Shown: positions 62,636 through 64,000 of the stretch, in pieces
How positions within the stretch are numbered: the stretch's first letter is position 1
How the letters are laid out: every line of letters begins with the position of its first letter
Assembly (NCBI GenBank): GCA_030264375.1
Contig: JASCQW010000072.1
Span: 81,463,823 to 81,527,822 of the forward strand
Direction: 5' to 3'
Length of the DNA: 64,000 nt
DNA from: Carcharhinus longimanus
Taxonomy: Eukaryota
The notes under the pieces: generated by a model
The model's database searches: none
The model's input: only the letters and a program-made list of their open reading frames with translations
Told to the model about the DNA's origin: nothing
Position numbers and translations under genes: made by a program

Positions 62636-62903
62636 ATAGTAAAAAGTCTGACAACAACAGGTTTTAGTCCAACCTAATTATTTGATAATATTCTCACAAG
62701 CTTTCGAGGGGACTGCCTCTTCGTCAGGTGANNNNNNNNNNNNNNNNNNNNNNNNNNNNNNNNNNNNNNNNNNNNNNNNNNNNNNNNNNNNNNNNNNNNN
62801 NNNNNNNNNNNNNNNNNNNNNNNNNNNNNNNAGGTTGGACTAAAACCTGGTGTTGTCAGACTTTTTACTGTGTTTACGCCAGTCCAACGCCGGCATACCC
62901 ACA
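62636..62903 (-). mobile_element. Young Penelope-like insertion (pseudo-LTR plus inverted tail), interior lost in a 100-N gap
   Basis: Exact 12-bp TSD GCATGTAGCAAT (62624-62635 and 62904-62915). A 38-bp inverted repeat (62638-62675 versus 62832-62869) has one mismatch. Same terminal family as 30924-31625. Confidence 0.88.
62694..62731 (-). ncRNA. Minimal type I hammerhead ribozyme
   Basis: Minus strand UCAC-CUGACGA-A-GAGG(CAGUCC)CCUC-GAA-AGCU-U-GUGA: full core, perfect 4-bp stems I and II, palindromic stem III, one extra A after the CUGANGA box. Confidence 0.8.
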
Positions 62904-63840
62904 GCATGTAGCAATGACATAAAGGTGTAAAGTTGCTTATAATATTTTCACAACAGTGAAATTATGAGCGCTTCAAGAGTTTAACTATACACAGAAGTGA
63001 CAGTTTAGATTCTTCAGTGCTTGTGTATTGATACTATATGAGCATACAATGATCTTGGGTATTTACATATCTCCATGAGCTGTTCCATTTCTCCATCACA
63101 AATAATCAGCACAATTAAATAATTTTAAAAGTTAGATGAAATTGTAAATATGCTCCTGCTAATTTAAAGCAAGTTCATATTCTCCATAGCTTTTAAGAAT
63201 CTTTTCTCTTCTCAAATTGTTGCTTCATTGCAGTTCAGCTGGTCAGTGCAGAAGTCAAAGTTTAATTAATGGTAGCTCTTAAATTTCTTGATCACATCCT
63301 TTTTCAAATCTTTGAAATAAGCCTTCCAAACAGCAGCTGCTACTACAACATTGAAAGTATACAGTATCCTATATTTTTAGTTTTAAAGAAAAATATTTTC
63401 GCATGTACTAATCACAGAATAAATTTCTGGATTAATGTTTCAGAGTTACTGCTTTACTTTTCAAATTAAAACTTATTTTAACAATAGACATATCAGAGCT
63501 TCAGACAAATAAGAAAATTTACAGACTTGGTCAGGGAATATTGCAAGCATGACATGGATTACAACTTACATGTGTACTGAATTCCCTCAGGTGCTTTGTA
63601 TCGGTGGGAATGGAACACAGCAGGAGGCAGAAAAGAAGCTTAAATGCAGTCAAAAGGTTTGGAGGAAGGCTTAAAGTGGTGAGAGGTGGCATCACAAAGA
63701 AACAACATTTAGGAAGAGAGGGCACAGATTTGAATATAGGGTTGTGGAAAATTGCCAAATCAGGGCCCATTGAAGCTTCGGGTCATTTGAAGACAATGAG
63801 GTATTTCTGATTTATATTGCCTCTATGTTGTCAAGACTGT

Positions 63841-63971
63841 GGGCAGAATTTTCCAGCCCGCTCATGCCCCATTGCCAGCAAGGATGGAAAATTTGGTTCT
63901 CAGCTAAATCTCCGTTTACTACAGCAGCACTGGAGAATCTCACCAGTCTAAATGGCTGGAAAATTCCACTC
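63841..63971. mobile_element. About 130-bp Harbinger-type MITE
   Basis: GAATTTTCCAGCC / GGCTGGAAAATTC is a perfect 13-bp inverted repeat. Confidence 0.8.
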
Positions 63972-64000
63972 TATGTCTTCCATCCATCTTGGGTGAGACA

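Overview
Vertebrate nuclear DNA, very likely from a shark. The repeat landscape (CR1 LINEs with (CATAGAA)n/(CATAAGAA)n tails, V-domain tRNA SINEs, DeuSINE/SacSINE-type SINEs, Penelope-like elements) is the one typical of elasmobranchs. The assembly is a draft with many 10-N and 100-N gaps. I find no intact protein-coding gene: almost every ORF in the track is a fragment of a decayed transposon or a chance ORF. Roughly half of the window (by eye) is recognisable repeat: CR1, L2, RTE, Rex1/Babar, one decayed Gypsy provirus, LTR-like pieces, Harbinger-type MITEs and four Penelope-like elements. Items worth follow-up: (1) a near-intact minimal hammerhead ribozyme in a young Penelope insertion with a 12-bp target-site duplication, plus a second copy showing stem covariation; (2) an intronless cytoplasmic (gamma-like) actin fragment nested in a TIR-bounded element; (3) a decayed intronless TRIM-like relic (coiled coil plus PRY-SPRY motifs); (4) a speculative chain of + strand exon-like blocks that may be a decayed gene; (5) several repeat-free islands that look like conserved enhancers. 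All family calls come from motif recognition by eye, without database searches. Boundaries of old repeats are approximate. I see no convincing wholly new biological system.
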